Shown: positions 35,007 through 45,819, counted from the whole stretch's first letter. The stretch is DNA of 48,134 nt, filler included, from 3 parts of 3 records of this genome joined end to end with filler, not necessarily neighbours in it; one strand, 5' to 3'. The notes: generated by a model from the sequence alone, not told the origin. Numbers and translations: made by a program.

Positions 35007-37193
35007 ATGGCCATGGCGGGGGGAATGATCAAAAGACTGGCAACCAGTACCATACTGGGCTGCGGTGTATTCTTCATTGGTAGCACTGCTGGCATGTTCC
35101 CAGCACACGCGCAAACAGCGGCGACGGAGCCGCAAAGTCAGGAAACACCGGCAATCCTGTTTAGTGCTGATGAGGTTGACTATAACCGCGAACTGCAAAC
35201 CGTAACCGCGCGCGGCAATGTCGAAATTTCTCGCGAAGGCCGCATTCTTCTGGCTGATACGGTCAATTATGATCGTTCACAAGATGTCCTGACCGCCTCA
35301 GGCAATGTCAGCATCACAGAACCGTCTGGCGAAGTAACCTTTGCCAGCTATGTCGAGATTAGCGGGGATTTCAAGAACGGGATCGTCAAGGACATCTACG
35401 TTCTTTTAGATGAAAATACCCGAATTGCCGGCTCAGGTGCGCGCCGTAGTCAGGGTAATTTCACAGAGATTGCAAAAGCTGTCTATTCCCCATGCAAGGT
35501 GTGCGCTGACGAAGAACACAGCACACCACTTTGGAGAATTCGGGCTGCGCGCGTTTTGCACGATGCCAACAGCAAAACGGTTGAATATAAAGACGCCAGA
35601 CTGGAAATTGCCGGTGTTCCAGTTCTGTATACGCCATATTTTCAACATCCTGATCCCACCGTCAAACGGCAATCTGGTCTTCTGGCCCCTTCATTCGGCA
35701 GCACGAGCTATGTCGGCTCCTACTTCAGTCAACCTTACTATTGGGCGATTGATAACAGCAAGGATATGACCTTCACGCCTACCTATACGATGGATGAAGG
35801 CCCCGTACTTGCGACCGAATACCGCCAACGGTTTGATAGTGGTGAGATGGAGCTCTATGGCAGCACGACCCGCGACAGTGATGATCGTTGGCAAGGTCAT
35901 ATTGATGCAGAAGGACGCTTTGACATTGATCCTACTTGGCGCTGGGGCTTTGATGCCGAACAAGCAAGTCAGAAAACTTATCTCTCCCGATATGGATTTG
36001 GGTCGCCTTCGGTTTTAACTTCCAACCTGTTTACTGAAGGTTTTAGAGATTCCAGTTATACGAGGATGGACGGTTACTATTTTCAGGGTCTGAAGTCTGA
36101 TGATGATCGGGATACGACGCCCATTGTTTTGCCTCATATGCAGTTCCACGGGCAAACCGAGCCTGCGAAATATGGTAGCTTCACAACTCTTGATCTCGAC
36201 GGACTGTCTCTCACCCGAGAAGATGGTGCAGATTCCCATCGCGTTTCTGCCAAGGCCGGTTGGGCATTGCCTTATGTCGGATCAATGGGGGATGTGACCA
36301 AACTTAGCCTGTCCGTTCGAAGTGACAACTACATGGTTTCGGACGTCGAACGTGACGGCAAGAGTAACTATAGTGGGTATACAGGACGCATTCTGCCGTT
36401 GGCCGCAATTGACTGGCAGATGCCCTTCGTAAGCGATCAGGGTAAATATCAACAAGTCATAACGCCGATAGCCATGGCCGCATGGTCACCAAATGGCGGA
36501 AACCCGGACGAGATATCAAACGAAGATTCCCTATCTTTTGAATTTGATGACATCAACCTGTTCTCACATGATCGTTTCGGTGGGATAGACCGTGCAGAAG
36601 ACGGGTTCCGGACCAGTTATGGACTTGAGTGGGGAGTCTACGGACCAGAGGGTGGATATACCAGTGCGATGTTTGGACAGAGCTACCGGGCAAACGCAAA
36701 TGACACCTTTGCCGACGGGTCTGGTTTGGACGAACATTTGTCAGACTATGTCGGTCGCGTGACGGTTTCTCCCAACCAATATCTCGACCTGACCTATCGC
36801 TATCGTCTGGACAATGAAAACCTCTCAGCCCGACGCAATCAAGTCGCCGCAAGTGTTGGATCAATGGATACCTTGCGTGTGAACACGACATATGTTCACT
36901 TCACCGATGATGCTGGCAGCGAAGAATTCAATGAACGTGAAGAGTTTTACTTTCAGGCCGACCGCCAGTTCAGCGACTTCTGGTCAGGGATGGCCTATAG
37001 CCGCTACGATGTAGATCAAGGTGATCCGTTGGAATATGGCGTTGGTTTTGTCTATGAAGACGAATGTTTCATATTTGATGGCCGCATCCGCCGTACATTC
37101 TATCAGGATCAGGATCTGGGCGAATCTGATGAGTTTCTGTTCCGCTTGGTATTCAAGACATTGGGCGAATTTGCGTCCTCAGCCGGATTGTAA
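35007..37193 (+). CDS. lptD: LPS-assembly outer-membrane protein LptD
   Basis: Signal peptide, OstA-like N-domain (VTARGNVEI, YSPCKVC, PLWRIRA) and beta-barrel ending YEDECF...FKTLG. The start is one of ATG 34995/35007/35013/35025. Confidence 0.92.
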   Translation: MAMAGGMIKRLATSTILGCGVFFIGSTAGMFPAHAQTAATEPQSQETPAILFSADEVDYNRELQTVTARGNVEISREGRILLADTVNYDRSQDVLTASGNVSITEPSGEVTFASYVEISGDFKNGIVKDIYVLLDENTRIAGSGARRSQGNFTEIAKAVYSPCKVCADEEHSTPLWRIRAARVLHDANSKTVEYKDARLEIAGVPVLYTPYFQHPDPTVKRQSGLLAPSFGSTSYVGSYFSQPYYWAIDNSKDMTFTPTYTMDEGPVLATEYRQRFDSGEMELYGSTTRDSDDRWQGHIDAEGRFDIDPTWRWGFDAEQASQKTYLSRYGFGSPSVLTSNLFTEGFRDSSYTRMDGYYFQGLKSDDDRDTTPIVLPHMQFHGQTEPAKYGSFTTLDLDGLSLTREDGADSHRVSAKAGWALPYVGSMGDVTKLSLSVRSDNYMVSDVERDGKSNYSGYTGRILPLAAIDWQMPFVSDQGKYQQVITPIAMAAWSPNGGNPDEISNEDSLSFEFDDINLFSHDRFGGIDRAEDGFRTSYGLEWGVYGPEGGYTSAMFGQSYRANANDTFADGSGLDEHLSDYVGRVTVSPNQYLDLTYRYRLDNENLSARRNQVAASVGSMDTLRVNTTYVHFTDDAGSEEFNEREEFYFQADRQFSDFWSGMAYSRYDVDQGDPLEYGVGFVYEDECFIFDGRIRRTFYQDQDLGESDEFLFRLVFKTLGEFASSAGL

Positions 37194-37199
37194 GAAAAG

Positions 37200-38480
37200 A
37201 TGATTTCCAAATTTACGACTTTCAGATTTACGAATATCTGCCTCTTGCTGGCTGTTGTTGTCGTGATGTCATTTCGTGCGCCGGCATATGCACAATCGCC
37301 TGTTGGTGTCGCCGCTGTTGTGAATGATGAACCAATCTCGATCATTGATCTGGTTGAGCGCATCAAGCTGATCGCCGTGTCGTCAAATATTCAAATGACA
37401 CCGCAAAAAAGCAATGAGATGGCGCCGCAAGTCTTGCAACAGCTTGTCAATGAAACCTTGCAGGTTCAAGAAGCAGAACGTCGCGGACTTGAAGTTGCGG
37501 ACGAAGATATCGCGCGCGGTAAATCCATCATTGAACAGAATGCCGGCCTTCCAAGTGGCTCATTAGACGGGTTCCTTGCGCAACGCCAAATTGCTCCCGG
37601 CACGATCGAGAACCAAATCAAACCACAGGTCGCATGGCAAAAGCTTCTTGGATCCATGCGCAACGAAGTTGAAATATCTGACGCTGAAATTGATGATAAC
37701 CTTCAACGGATCATCAACAATCAGGGTAAACCACGTAATCGGGTTCAAGAAATCTTCTTGCCAGTCGACAATCCACAGGACAGCACCCGTGTTTATCAAA
37801 GTGCACTGGAAATTCTCAACGTCTTGAAACAGGGTGCCGAGTTCAGCGGCTTAGCGCGTCAGTTTTCGGCAAGTGCAAGTGCGGCCAATGGTGGTGACCT
37901 TGGATGGCTGTATTCAGGCGAACTGGCAAGCGAGTTACAACAAGCCGTCAACCAGCTTGAACCTGGACAGATTAGCGAACCAGTTCAGACCATTCGTGGC
38001 TATTACATCATAAAGCTTCTTGATCGCCGCGTTGGCGATGCGAATGTCGTAACCGATGTTCGACTGGATCTTTACCAGCTATTTGTCCCGCTGACATCCG
38101 ACATGCCCAAAGACCAGATTGATGCGAAGCTCGCCGTGCTTAACAACACGCAGGAAACAGCTGACAGCTGTGAAGCAATGGCGAATGTTGCTGTTGACCT
38201 TGGTTCCGAGCTGAGCGGTGAAATGAAAGGCATTTCCCCGACAGAGCTTTCCGGCCCGATCAGTCAGGCGGTGAGCAATCTTGAACCGCAAAAGCCTTCC
38301 AACATCATTCGTGTCGATGGTGGAGCACTTTTGGTCATGATTTGCAACAAAACAGAAGAAAGCAACCTGCCCAGCCGCAGCGAAGTCGAAAACCGACTGC
38401 GTATGGAACGGCTTGATATTCTCGCACGCCGGAAACTTCGTGAACTGCGCCGACAGGCCTTTATTGATATCCGTATGTGA
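37200..38480 (+). CDS. surA: Periplasmic chaperone / parvulin PPIase SurA
   Basis: AAVVNDEPIS, LARQFS...GGDLGW rotamase motif, LRRQAFIDIR end, and synteny. Confidence 0.88.
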   Translation: MISKFTTFRFTNICLLLAVVVVMSFRAPAYAQSPVGVAAVVNDEPISIIDLVERIKLIAVSSNIQMTPQKSNEMAPQVLQQLVNETLQVQEAERRGLEVADEDIARGKSIIEQNAGLPSGSLDGFLAQRQIAPGTIENQIKPQVAWQKLLGSMRNEVEISDAEIDDNLQRIINNQGKPRNRVQEIFLPVDNPQDSTRVYQSALEILNVLKQGAEFSGLARQFSASASAANGGDLGWLYSGELASELQQAVNQLEPGQISEPVQTIRGYYIIKLLDRRVGDANVVTDVRLDLYQLFVPLTSDMPKDQIDAKLAVLNNTQETADSCEAMANVAVDLGSELSGEMKGISPTELSGPISQAVSNLEPQKPSNIIRVDGGALLVMICNKTEESNLPSRSEVENRLRMERLDILARRKLRELRRQAFIDIRM

Positions 38481-38506
38481 TCGATCCGACCAGAAACGGA
38501 GCCAAG

Positions 38507-39523
38507 ATGACTAAGATCGCACCAATCGCCCTGACAATTGGTGAGCCCGGCGGTATCGGACCCGAGCTTGCACTCAAGGCCTGGCTGCAGCGGAAAGATG
38601 CGAGCTTAGAACCCTTTTGCCTTGTTTCTCCGCTCAACATTGTTGAGAACGCGATCAAGCAGGCTGGAACAGATGTTCCATTCAAACTCGTCTCAGACAT
38701 CACTGAAACACACGATGTATTTGCCGATGCCCTGCCGGTTCTTGCGATTGAGAATGCGGACGCTATAGCGGTTTCTGGTGTCGCTTCGGCGAAAACGGCC
38801 AACATTGTCATAAACAGTATCACGGAAGCCGTGGCACTGACGCGTCGTGGTGCGGCAAGTGCCGTTGTCACCAACCCGATACAGAAAAGTGCGCTTTACG
38901 AAGCGGGCTTCAAACATCCCGGTCATACAGAGTTTCTGGCAGAATTAGCCGGTCCCGGAACAATCCCGGTGATGATGCTGGCCAATTCAAAACTGCGCGT
39001 TGTGCCGCTTACGATCCATATTGCACTGTCTGATGTCCCCAAGCAGCTTACTGCTGAATTGATCATTAAGCGCTGTCAGTTTACCGCAACTGCACTAAAG
39101 CAGGATTTCGGCATCGAAAACCCACGTTTGGCAATTGCCGGGTTAAATCCGCATGCGGGTGAAGACGGCGCTATGGGATGGGAAGAACAAACGATCATGG
39201 CACCTGCCATTCAAGCCTTGCGTGATCTTGGCATTGATGTCATTGGTCCGCTTCCGGCCGATACCATGTTCTATGAAGAAGCAAGGGCGAACTACGATGT
39301 CGCATTGTGCCCCTATCACGATCAGGCCCTGATCCCGGTCAAGACGCTTGATTTTCATGGGGGTGTCAATATCACATTGGGATTGCCATTTATCAGAACA
39401 TCACCGGATCACGGTACGGCATTGAACATTGCGGGCAAAGGCATCGCCCGTCCTGATAGCCTGATCGCAGCCCTTAAAATGGCTGCAGAGATGGCGACAA
39501 AACGCCTTTCGACAGGAGCCTGA
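38507..39523 (+). CDS. pdxA: 4-hydroxythreonine-4-phosphate dehydrogenase
   Basis: GEPGGIGPE, PGHTEFLA, GLNPHAGE, YHDQAL and RTSPDHGTA motifs. GGAG RBS before ATG 38507. Confidence 0.96.
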   Translation: MTKIAPIALTIGEPGGIGPELALKAWLQRKDASLEPFCLVSPLNIVENAIKQAGTDVPFKLVSDITETHDVFADALPVLAIENADAIAVSGVASAKTANIVINSITEAVALTRRGAASAVVTNPIQKSALYEAGFKHPGHTEFLAELAGPGTIPVMMLANSKLRVVPLTIHIALSDVPKQLTAELIIKRCQFTATALKQDFGIENPRLAIAGLNPHAGEDGAMGWEEQTIMAPAIQALRDLGIDVIGPLPADTMFYEEARANYDVALCPYHDQALIPVKTLDFHGGVNITLGLPFIRTSPDHGTALNIAGKGIARPDSLIAALKMAAEMATKRLSTGA

Positions 39524-39529
39524 CCAAAC

Positions 39530-40399
39530 GTGTCAGAAGACAACAGCACAACCGGCGCCCTCGCCAATGATGGCCTTCCGCCCCTTCGCGAGGTGATTGC
39601 CATCCATAACCTGTCTGCACAAAAGAAATTTGGTCAGAACTTTCTGTTTGATCTGAACCTGACGGGTCGGATTGCCCGTGCTGCTGCGCCGCTTGAAGAA
39701 GCGACCGTGATCGAAATTGGCCCCGGCCCCGGCGGCCTGACCCGTGCGTTGCTGTTTAATGGTGCAAAAAACCTGACCGTGATCGAGCGTGACCCACGCT
39801 GCCAGCCGGTTCTTGACCAAATCAGCGCCCATTACCCCAATGCACTGCATGTAATTGATGGCGATGCGCTTGACGTCGATCTCACAACCCTTGGCCCGGC
39901 ACCACGCAAGATTGTCGCCAATCTGCCCTACAATGTCGGAACGCAGCTTTTGATCAATTGGCTGATGCAAATCGATCAGTTTGCCAGCCTGACTTTGATG
40001 TTCCAAAAAGAAGTTGCCGAACGGGTTGTCGCCGGACCAAAAAGCAAAGCCTACGGCAGGCTTTCCGTCCTGTGTCAGTATCTATGCGATTGTGACATTC
40101 TGTTTGATGTCCACCGCAGCGCCTTTACCCCGCCGCCAAAGGTAACTTCCGCCGTCGTGCAATTGCGGCCAAAGGCAGATCGCGGGGCGGACATCAACCT
40201 GACCAGCTTGGCCAAAATCACACAAGCTGCTTTTGGTCAGCGGCGCAAAATGCTTCGTGCCAGTCTAAAAACACTCAATATCAATGTCGGTGAATTGCTC
40301 ACCACCGCCGGGATTACGGAAACATCCCGTGCCGAAGAACTCAGTGTCGCCGACTTTGTCCGCCTGACACAGGTTCATGACGAAATGGCCGCTTCGTAA
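39530..40399 (+). CDS. rsmA: 16S rRNA m6,2A dimethyltransferase
   Basis: [26 protein letters not shown] and MFQKEVA motifs. GTG start with AGGAG RBS. Confidence 0.96.
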   Translation: MSEDNSTTGALANDGLPPLREVIAIHNLSAQKKFGQNFLFDLNLTGRIARAAAPLEEATVIEIGPGPGGLTRALLFNGAKNLTVIERDPRCQPVLDQISAHYPNALHVIDGDALDVDLTTLGPAPRKIVANLPYNVGTQLLINWLMQIDQFASLTLMFQKEVAERVVAGPKSKAYGRLSVLCQYLCDCDILFDVHRSAFTPPPKVTSAVVQLRPKADRGADINLTSLAKITQAAFGQRRKMLRASLKTLNINVGELLTTAGITETSRAEELSVADFVRLTQVHDEMAAS

Positions 40400-40421
40400 A
40401 GCAACCATTTTGAATTCCCAA

Positions 40422-41054
40422 TCAATCAGTCAGAAGCTTTTTGACGAAGCCCGGCAGAACCGATTGCCGCGCCCGCTTCATCCGTTCGGCCCCGATGATA
40501 TGTTCAACATCGGCAAGGCAGCGTTCCAGATCATCATTGATCAAAACGTAGTCGAATTCTTCCCAATGGCTGATTTCCGCACCGGCCTTGGCCATGCGTT
40601 TCATGATCACACCATCTGCATCCTGCCCACGATCGCGCAGACGACGTTCAAGTTCCGCCGATGACGGTGGCAAGACAAAGACCGATACAACATCCGCACC
40701 GCCCTTCTCGCGCAATTGGCGCGCACCTTGCCAGTCAATGTCAAACAGCACGTCACGCCCCTCGGAAAGCGCCTTCTCGACCGGTGCTATTGGTGTGCCG
40801 TAGTAATTGCCAAACACCTCCGCCCATTCAAGCAGCGCATCATTGGCAATCATATGTTTGAAATCATCGACCGATTTAAAGAAGTAATGTGTGCCTTCTT
40901 CTTCGCCCGGGCGGGCTTCACGGGTGGTTGCCGACACAGACAACGAAATCCTGTCATCTTTTTCAAGCAACTGACGGGTAATGGTGGTTTTACCTGCCCC
41001 CGATGGGGCACAGAAAACCAGCATCACGCCACGACGATTATTCTGATCTACCAT
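40422..41054 (-). CDS. gmk: Guanylate kinase
   Basis: APSGAGKTT, SVSATTR, EVFGNYYGT and DIDWQGA motifs. Likely start ATG 41054. Confidence 0.96.
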   Translation of the reverse strand: MVDQNNRRGVMLVFCAPSGAGKTTITRQLLEKDDRISLSVSATTREARPGEEEGTHYFFKSVDDFKHMIANDALLEWAEVFGNYYGTPIAPVEKALSEGRDVLFDIDWQGARQLREKGGADVVSVFVLPPSSAELERRLRDRGQDADGVIMKRMAKAGAEISHWEEFDYVLINDDLERCLADVEHIIGAERMKRARQSVLPGFVKKLLTD

Positions 41055-41076
41055 ATCGTGTTCCTTCCCTGCCCGC

Positions 41077-41961
41077 TTACTCGACGTTCTGAACCTGCTC
41101 GCGGAGCTGATCAATGATCACTTTAAGCTCCATCCCGCAATTGGTAAGCTCGACGTCATTGGCCTTAGAGCACAACGTGTTGGCTTCGCGGTTAAATTCC
41201 TGACACAGGAAATCAAGCTTCCGCCCAATGGACCCACCTTTGGTCAGCATATCGCGTGCACCTGTGATATGGGCCTTCAGACGGTCAATTTCCTCGCGGA
41301 TATCTGCTTTGGTTGCAAGTAAGGCTGCTTCCTGATGCAACCGTTCTGGTTCAAACTTGCCCGCATCCATCAATTCTTCGATTTGGCGTTTCAACCGTTC
41401 CTTGATCGCATCCGATCGCGCAGATGCGCAGTTTTCTGCACGGGCAACAGTTGCTTCGATGTTATCAACATGCCCGCGAAGCATCGCATCAAGCTTTTCG
41501 CCTTCTTCCGCACGATGCGCAGCCATCTGGTCAATTGCATCATTCAGGCTGGCAAAAACCTCTGCATCACGGGCATCCCGCGTTGCTTCGTCTTCGTGGG
41601 TTTCAACAACTTCCAGCACACCGCGGACATTCAACAAATCGGCAATCGTGCCCGCCGACAGGCTGCTGGTATTGTCAAATTCCTCCGCCAGAGAAATCAG
41701 GTCTGATAGCAATTCCCGGTTCACCTGATAGGCACTGGTATCAGCAGATCGAACAACGTTCAGGGTAACCCCGATATTGCCGCGCTTGAACCGTTTAGCA
41801 ACCGCATCGCGGACTTTGGCTTCAAGCCGTTCAAACCCGCCATTCAAACGCACACGAACATCAAGGCCCTTGCCATTGACGCTGCGCAATTCCCAGGTCC
41901 AGCCAAAGCCTTCTGCCGCGCCATCGGTGCGGGCAAAGCCGGTCATGCTTGATACGGTCAT
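41077..41961 (-). CDS. yicC: YicC/YloC family endoribonuclease
   Basis: SMTGFAR, ELRSVN, GRKLDFLCQEFNREANTLCSK and REQVQNVE motifs; upstream of gmk. Confidence 0.95.
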   Translation of the reverse strand: MTVSSMTGFARTDGAAEGFGWTWELRSVNGKGLDVRVRLNGGFERLEAKVRDAVAKRFKRGNIGVTLNVVRSADTSAYQVNRELLSDLISLAEEFDNTSSLSAGTIADLLNVRGVLEVVETHEDEATRDARDAEVFASLNDAIDQMAAHRAEEGEKLDAMLRGHVDNIEATVARAENCASARSDAIKERLKRQIEELMDAGKFEPERLHQEAALLATKADIREEIDRLKAHITGARDMLTKGGSIGRKLDFLCQEFNREANTLCSKANDVELTNCGMELKVIIDQLREQVQNVE

Positions 41962-42155
41962 ATTTTCATCCAGTATAATTCATGTTTCCCCGCTTATAAC
42001 GGTTGGCCCAATGCACGCCAAGGGTCAACACTGGCGAGATCTATGTTATCAACAATATGGTATGTTTTGCCGGTATTTCATAATCCTGCCCCAAAGGTGC
42101 AGCATGGTCGGCAAAAATCGATAACGCATATTTTTAAAACCGCATACGAGCAACA

Positions 42156-42947
42156 ATGTCCTTTCAGTATCATGCCGTTTTGATCACCGGTGCCAGTTCT
42201 GGTATTGGTGCCGCTCTTGCCCGTCATTTCGCCCGTACAGGCGTCACTTTGTTCATCAGTGGTCGCGATCAGACGCGCTTGCGCCTTGTTGAAAATGAAT
42301 GCCGTGCAGCAGGCGCAAATGTCTTTGCCGATATATTGGACGTAACCAACCGCGAAACCATGACGGCCTATGTCACGCATTGCGATGAGCTGGCCCCGCT
42401 AAGCTTGGTAATTGCCAATGCCGGCATTTCAGCAGGCACTGGTGGCAATGGCGAAAGCCCCGAACAGGTACGCGACATATTCGCAACCAATGTCGCGGGC
42501 GTACTCAACACCATTGACCCGGCAATCGATGCCATGCGCGTGCGCGGGCGGGGACAAGTCGCACTGGTGGCGTCCCAAGCCTCTTGGCGTGGTTTGCCCT
42601 CCGCCCCGGCCTATTGCGCCAGCAAGGCGGCTGTACGTGTATATGGCGAGGGATTGCGTGGGGCATTGGCGCCTGATGGCATCAAGGTCAATGTCATCTG
42701 TCCCGGATTCGTCAAAAGCCGCATCACCGATGCCAATGATTTTCCGATGCCCTTTTTCATGCAGGCCGACAAGGCTGCGCGCAAGATCGCAAAGGGGCTT
42801 GAGAAAAACAAAGGCATGATCGCCTTCCCGTGGCCGATGAACATGATCATCGGCGCGTTAAAGATCACGCCACAATGGGTGCTTGATCTGGCCGCTTCGC
42901 GAATTCCCAAGAAAACAGCAGCATCTGAACAAAACTCAGAAAACTGA
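42156..42947 (+). CDS. Short-chain dehydrogenase/reductase
   Basis: ITGASSGIG, IANAGI, YCASK catalytic motif, PGFV. Confidence 0.93.
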   Translation: MSFQYHAVLITGASSGIGAALARHFARTGVTLFISGRDQTRLRLVENECRAAGANVFADILDVTNRETMTAYVTHCDELAPLSLVIANAGISAGTGGNGESPEQVRDIFATNVAGVLNTIDPAIDAMRVRGRGQVALVASQASWRGLPSAPAYCASKAAVRVYGEGLRGALAPDGIKVNVICPGFVKSRITDANDFPMPFFMQADKAARKIAKGLEKNKGMIAFPWPMNMIIGALKITPQWVLDLAASRIPKKTAASEQNSEN

Positions 42948-42966
42948 GGCATCAGCACCACATGAC

Positions 42967-42999
42967 AAAGGCGCCGGTCCAACATTGGACGGCGCCTTT
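42967..42999. terminator. Bidirectional terminator between the SDR and mltG
   Basis: AAAGGCGCC-G-GTCCAA-CA-TTGGAC-GGCGCCTTT hairpin. Confidence 0.8.
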
Positions 43000-43058
43000 C
43001 TTAATTTTCCTATGCCTCGTCGAGCTGTTGATGGAGCGCAAAATATCCAAGCGACCTG

Positions 43059-44033
43059 TTATTGCCCGTCGCGGATGCGCCGCCATTTGGCGACATTGCG
43101 ATTATGTTCTTTGAGGGTGCGGGCAAAGGCATGTCCACCGGTGCCATCGGCGACAAAATACACATCTTCCGTCGGGGCCGGATGAAGCACTGCATAAAAT
43201 GCCTCACGCCCGGGATTGGTGATCGGCGACGGTGGCAAACCACGCGTGACATATGTGTTGTACGGACTTTCGAACTTAAGGTCCTTGCGCGTCAGCGCCC
43301 GATCAAGGCGCTTATCCGGGCTGATTGCATAGGCAACCGTCGGATCAGATTGCAGCCGCATATTGGCATTCAATCGATTGACGAACACACCGGCAACGCG
43401 CGCACGTTCGGCAGCAACACCTGTTTCACGTTCAACGATGGAGGCCAGAACAAGTGCCTCTTCAATCGTATCAAATGGCAGTCCCTGAGCCCGTCCAGGC
43501 CAAAGTTGTTCGACCATGTCGTCATGGGCGGCCCGCATCCGATCAACGATGCTTTGTTTCGTATCGCCATACGAGAATTGATAGGTTTCCGGCAACAGCG
43601 TCCCGTCTTGCGGAATTTCGGTGATTTCACCGTCCAAACCATCAACCAGATTGATCCGGTCAATAACTTCGCCGGACCGTAATCCTTCGGGGATGGTGAC
43701 AAACCGTTTTACGGTATCGCCATTGGCAAGAATTTCGGCCGCCTGTTTGGGACTTACCCGTGCAGGGAAATGATATTCCCCGGCACGAAGCGATCGATCC
43801 AGCCCGCCAACGCGAACCCCCGCCAGAAAGATCAGCGGTTCGGTGATGATATGTTCACGGCGGAAAATTTCGGCAATACCACGAACACCGGTCCCTTGCG
43901 GGATGATGATATCGCGACCCTGCACCAGCTTACTGGGTGAAGTGTATTGCACATAAACATACACCGCTGCCCCACCAACGGTGAGGGCAGCGGTGATGAT
44001 TAGTAAGCCAAGAACAAGCAGAAAACGCTTCAA
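43059..44033 (-). CDS. mltG: Endolytic transglycosylase MltG (YceG)
   Basis: N-terminal TM segment, VTIPEGL, LASIVERET, RLQSDPT, SPYNTY, GLPPSPITNPG, YFVADGTGGHAF. TTG start at the contig edge. Confidence 0.95.
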   Translation of the reverse strand: MKRFLLVLGLLIITAALTVGGAAVYVYVQYTSPSKLVQGRDIIIPQGTGVRGIAEIFRREHIITEPLIFLAGVRVGGLDRSLRAGEYHFPARVSPKQAAEILANGDTVKRFVTIPEGLRSGEVIDRINLVDGLDGEITEIPQDGTLLPETYQFSYGDTKQSIVDRMRAAHDDMVEQLWPGRAQGLPFDTIEEALVLASIVERETGVAAERARVAGVFVNRLNANMRLQSDPTVAYAISPDKRLDRALTRKDLKFESPYNTYVTRGLPPSPITNPGREAFYAVLHPAPTEDVYFVADGTGGHAFARTLKEHNRNVAKWRRIRDGQ

Positions 44034-44034
44034 G

Positions 44035-44134
44035 NNNNNNNNNNNNNNNNNNNNNNNNNNNNNNNNNNNNNNNNNNNNTTAATTAATTAANNNNNNNNNN
44101 NNNNNNNNNNNNNNNNNNNNNNNNNNNNNNNNNN
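44035..44134. other. Artificial contig-joining spacer (44 N + TTAATTAATTAA + 44 N)
   Basis: Identical to the spacer at 24432-24531. Confidence 0.98.
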
Positions 44135-44533
44135 GCCTGCGAGAAGCACGTCCTCACCAGCACCATGGCCGGATCCGGCCGCGGAGTGGATCGCCACCTC
44201 TTTGCGTTATACGTCGTCTCTGTTGGTACCGAGACTGACAGCCCCTTCCTGCAGTCTGTCATGAAGCATGGTTGGAAGCTCTCCACCTCCCAGATTCCCC
44301 AGCAGCAGGCCAACAACGAGTGGCTCCCTGGCCACAACGGTGACCTCATCCCCCGTCCTAGTGGTGGATTCGGCCCCGTTGCGGATGATGGGTATGGTGT
44401 ATCGTACGTTATTTGTGGCGAGGATAGTTTCTTCTTCCACGTCTCATCAAAGAGGAGCTGCCCAGATACCGACAGTACTGTATTCCGCGATGCCATCTTT
44501 GACGCTCTTCACAAGATGAACTCCCTCTTCTAA
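44135..44533 (+). CDS. Carnitine/choline O-acyltransferase (CPT-like), C-terminal fragment
   Basis: Open from the contig start (ACEKH...). GRGVDRHLFAL, WKLSTSQ and GGFGPVADDGYGVSY are family motifs. Confidence 0.92.
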   Translation, partial: ACEKHVLTSTMAGSGRGVDRHLFALYVVSVGTETDSPFLQSVMKHGWKLSTSQIPQQQANNEWLPGHNGDLIPRPSGGFGPVADDGYGVSYVICGEDSFFFHVSSKRSCPDTDSTVFRDAIFDALHKMNSLF

Positions 44534-45749
44534 AACAACAAATCACATTGCTTAGAGAAATACGTAGATAGTTCCTTCAAAAAGTGGATGATATTTTAGA
44601 GCGGGAAAGAAACATGTGTAGAGAGAGCGGATGTGGTGATGTATGAAAATCTTGTGATGTGGGGCGCCTCATTACAACACACTCGACGTACATTGCTTCC
44701 CACGCTCCCATCCAACACATTGCCAACACAAATACTAAAAATGCTCACTATTTTATAAACACCTTACCATTAACACAAAACACCTTACCATTGCTTTTAC
44801 ATATAAGGAAAATACCCCTTACATAAATATAAACAACTTTTTAATTTCAAATGTATGCAGGGTAGAAAGAGACAATACCTCCCATATTTGTTAACGCAAC
44901 TGGGGATGTATGTGTACACAGCTTTGCGCTTGAGCTGGTGATAGTATGTAGTATGACGTGGTTGTAGCAGCAAACATTGATGGTTTATGCCGCCATGTGG
45001 GGAGCGGAGGGCCGTGGATGTTGTTGAGGTTGAACCCCTCTCTTACTTACCACTGCAATTCCTACTACCATCATCACAAACTCTAGCAGCGCATTTGTGT
45101 TCATCAACACTTTATTTTCATCTTCACTCACACACACACATATCTATATTTATATTTAACAAACACACCTTACCATTTCCCCTCCCAAGCTGTTTCAGCA
45201 CAACAAGTAGTACCCGAAGAGTGGGAGATAATAGAGAGAGAGAAGATTGAAGCTTTGCAAGCTTCACATATCGTGTGGATTCTGTAGCCTATACAAAGGA
45301 GTGGGTCGTTAGTAATATAACAACCTTCACTCCCCACAACACGTACCACCACTGCGCATCTAACTCCCTCTTCTTCCCCTTCTTTTTGATGTATGCAATG
45401 AATGACTATATACAACCCACACCCACAATACTTAAACCAAGAGGATGGATATTATTATCTAGGTGTTATCCAGGTAGTGTGGGCTTTCCATCAGTATCTG
45501 TGTATTCAGAAACAATAGAGGAACCACATACACCACCCGATACCACCTCCATCACAACACTACCACACATCCATTGTCGTGTGATGTACTGCTCACCCCC
45601 ACTAAAAGCCGGTGACAGTACCACACACTTCAGTTGTTTGGTGTACCATCTTGCATCCCACACACCTTGCGTCCATATAGTAAATAATACTTGTTTTTGG
45701 GGAGTTTCACATTCATACGCTTGTGTATGCATGTGTGAAAATCCCATTG

Positions 45750-45819
45750 CCATTTTCATGTTTTTGTTATTCATTGATCCGTTTTCACTTTTTACGTTTT
45801 TTCCTCCACTCCTTCAAAG
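45750..45819 (+). promoter_or_regulatory. Candidate trans-splice acceptor for the PP2C gene
   Basis: Long T/C tract ending CCTTCAAAG (AG at 45818-45819), then an A/C-rich UTR to ATG 45911. Confidence 0.55.

Noticed and set aside
24532..44034. Horizontal transfer of a bacterial operon block into the protist genome
   Set aside because: Both junctions are synthetic spacers. The genes keep bacterial RBSs, overlaps and terminators with no sign of adaptation to the host.
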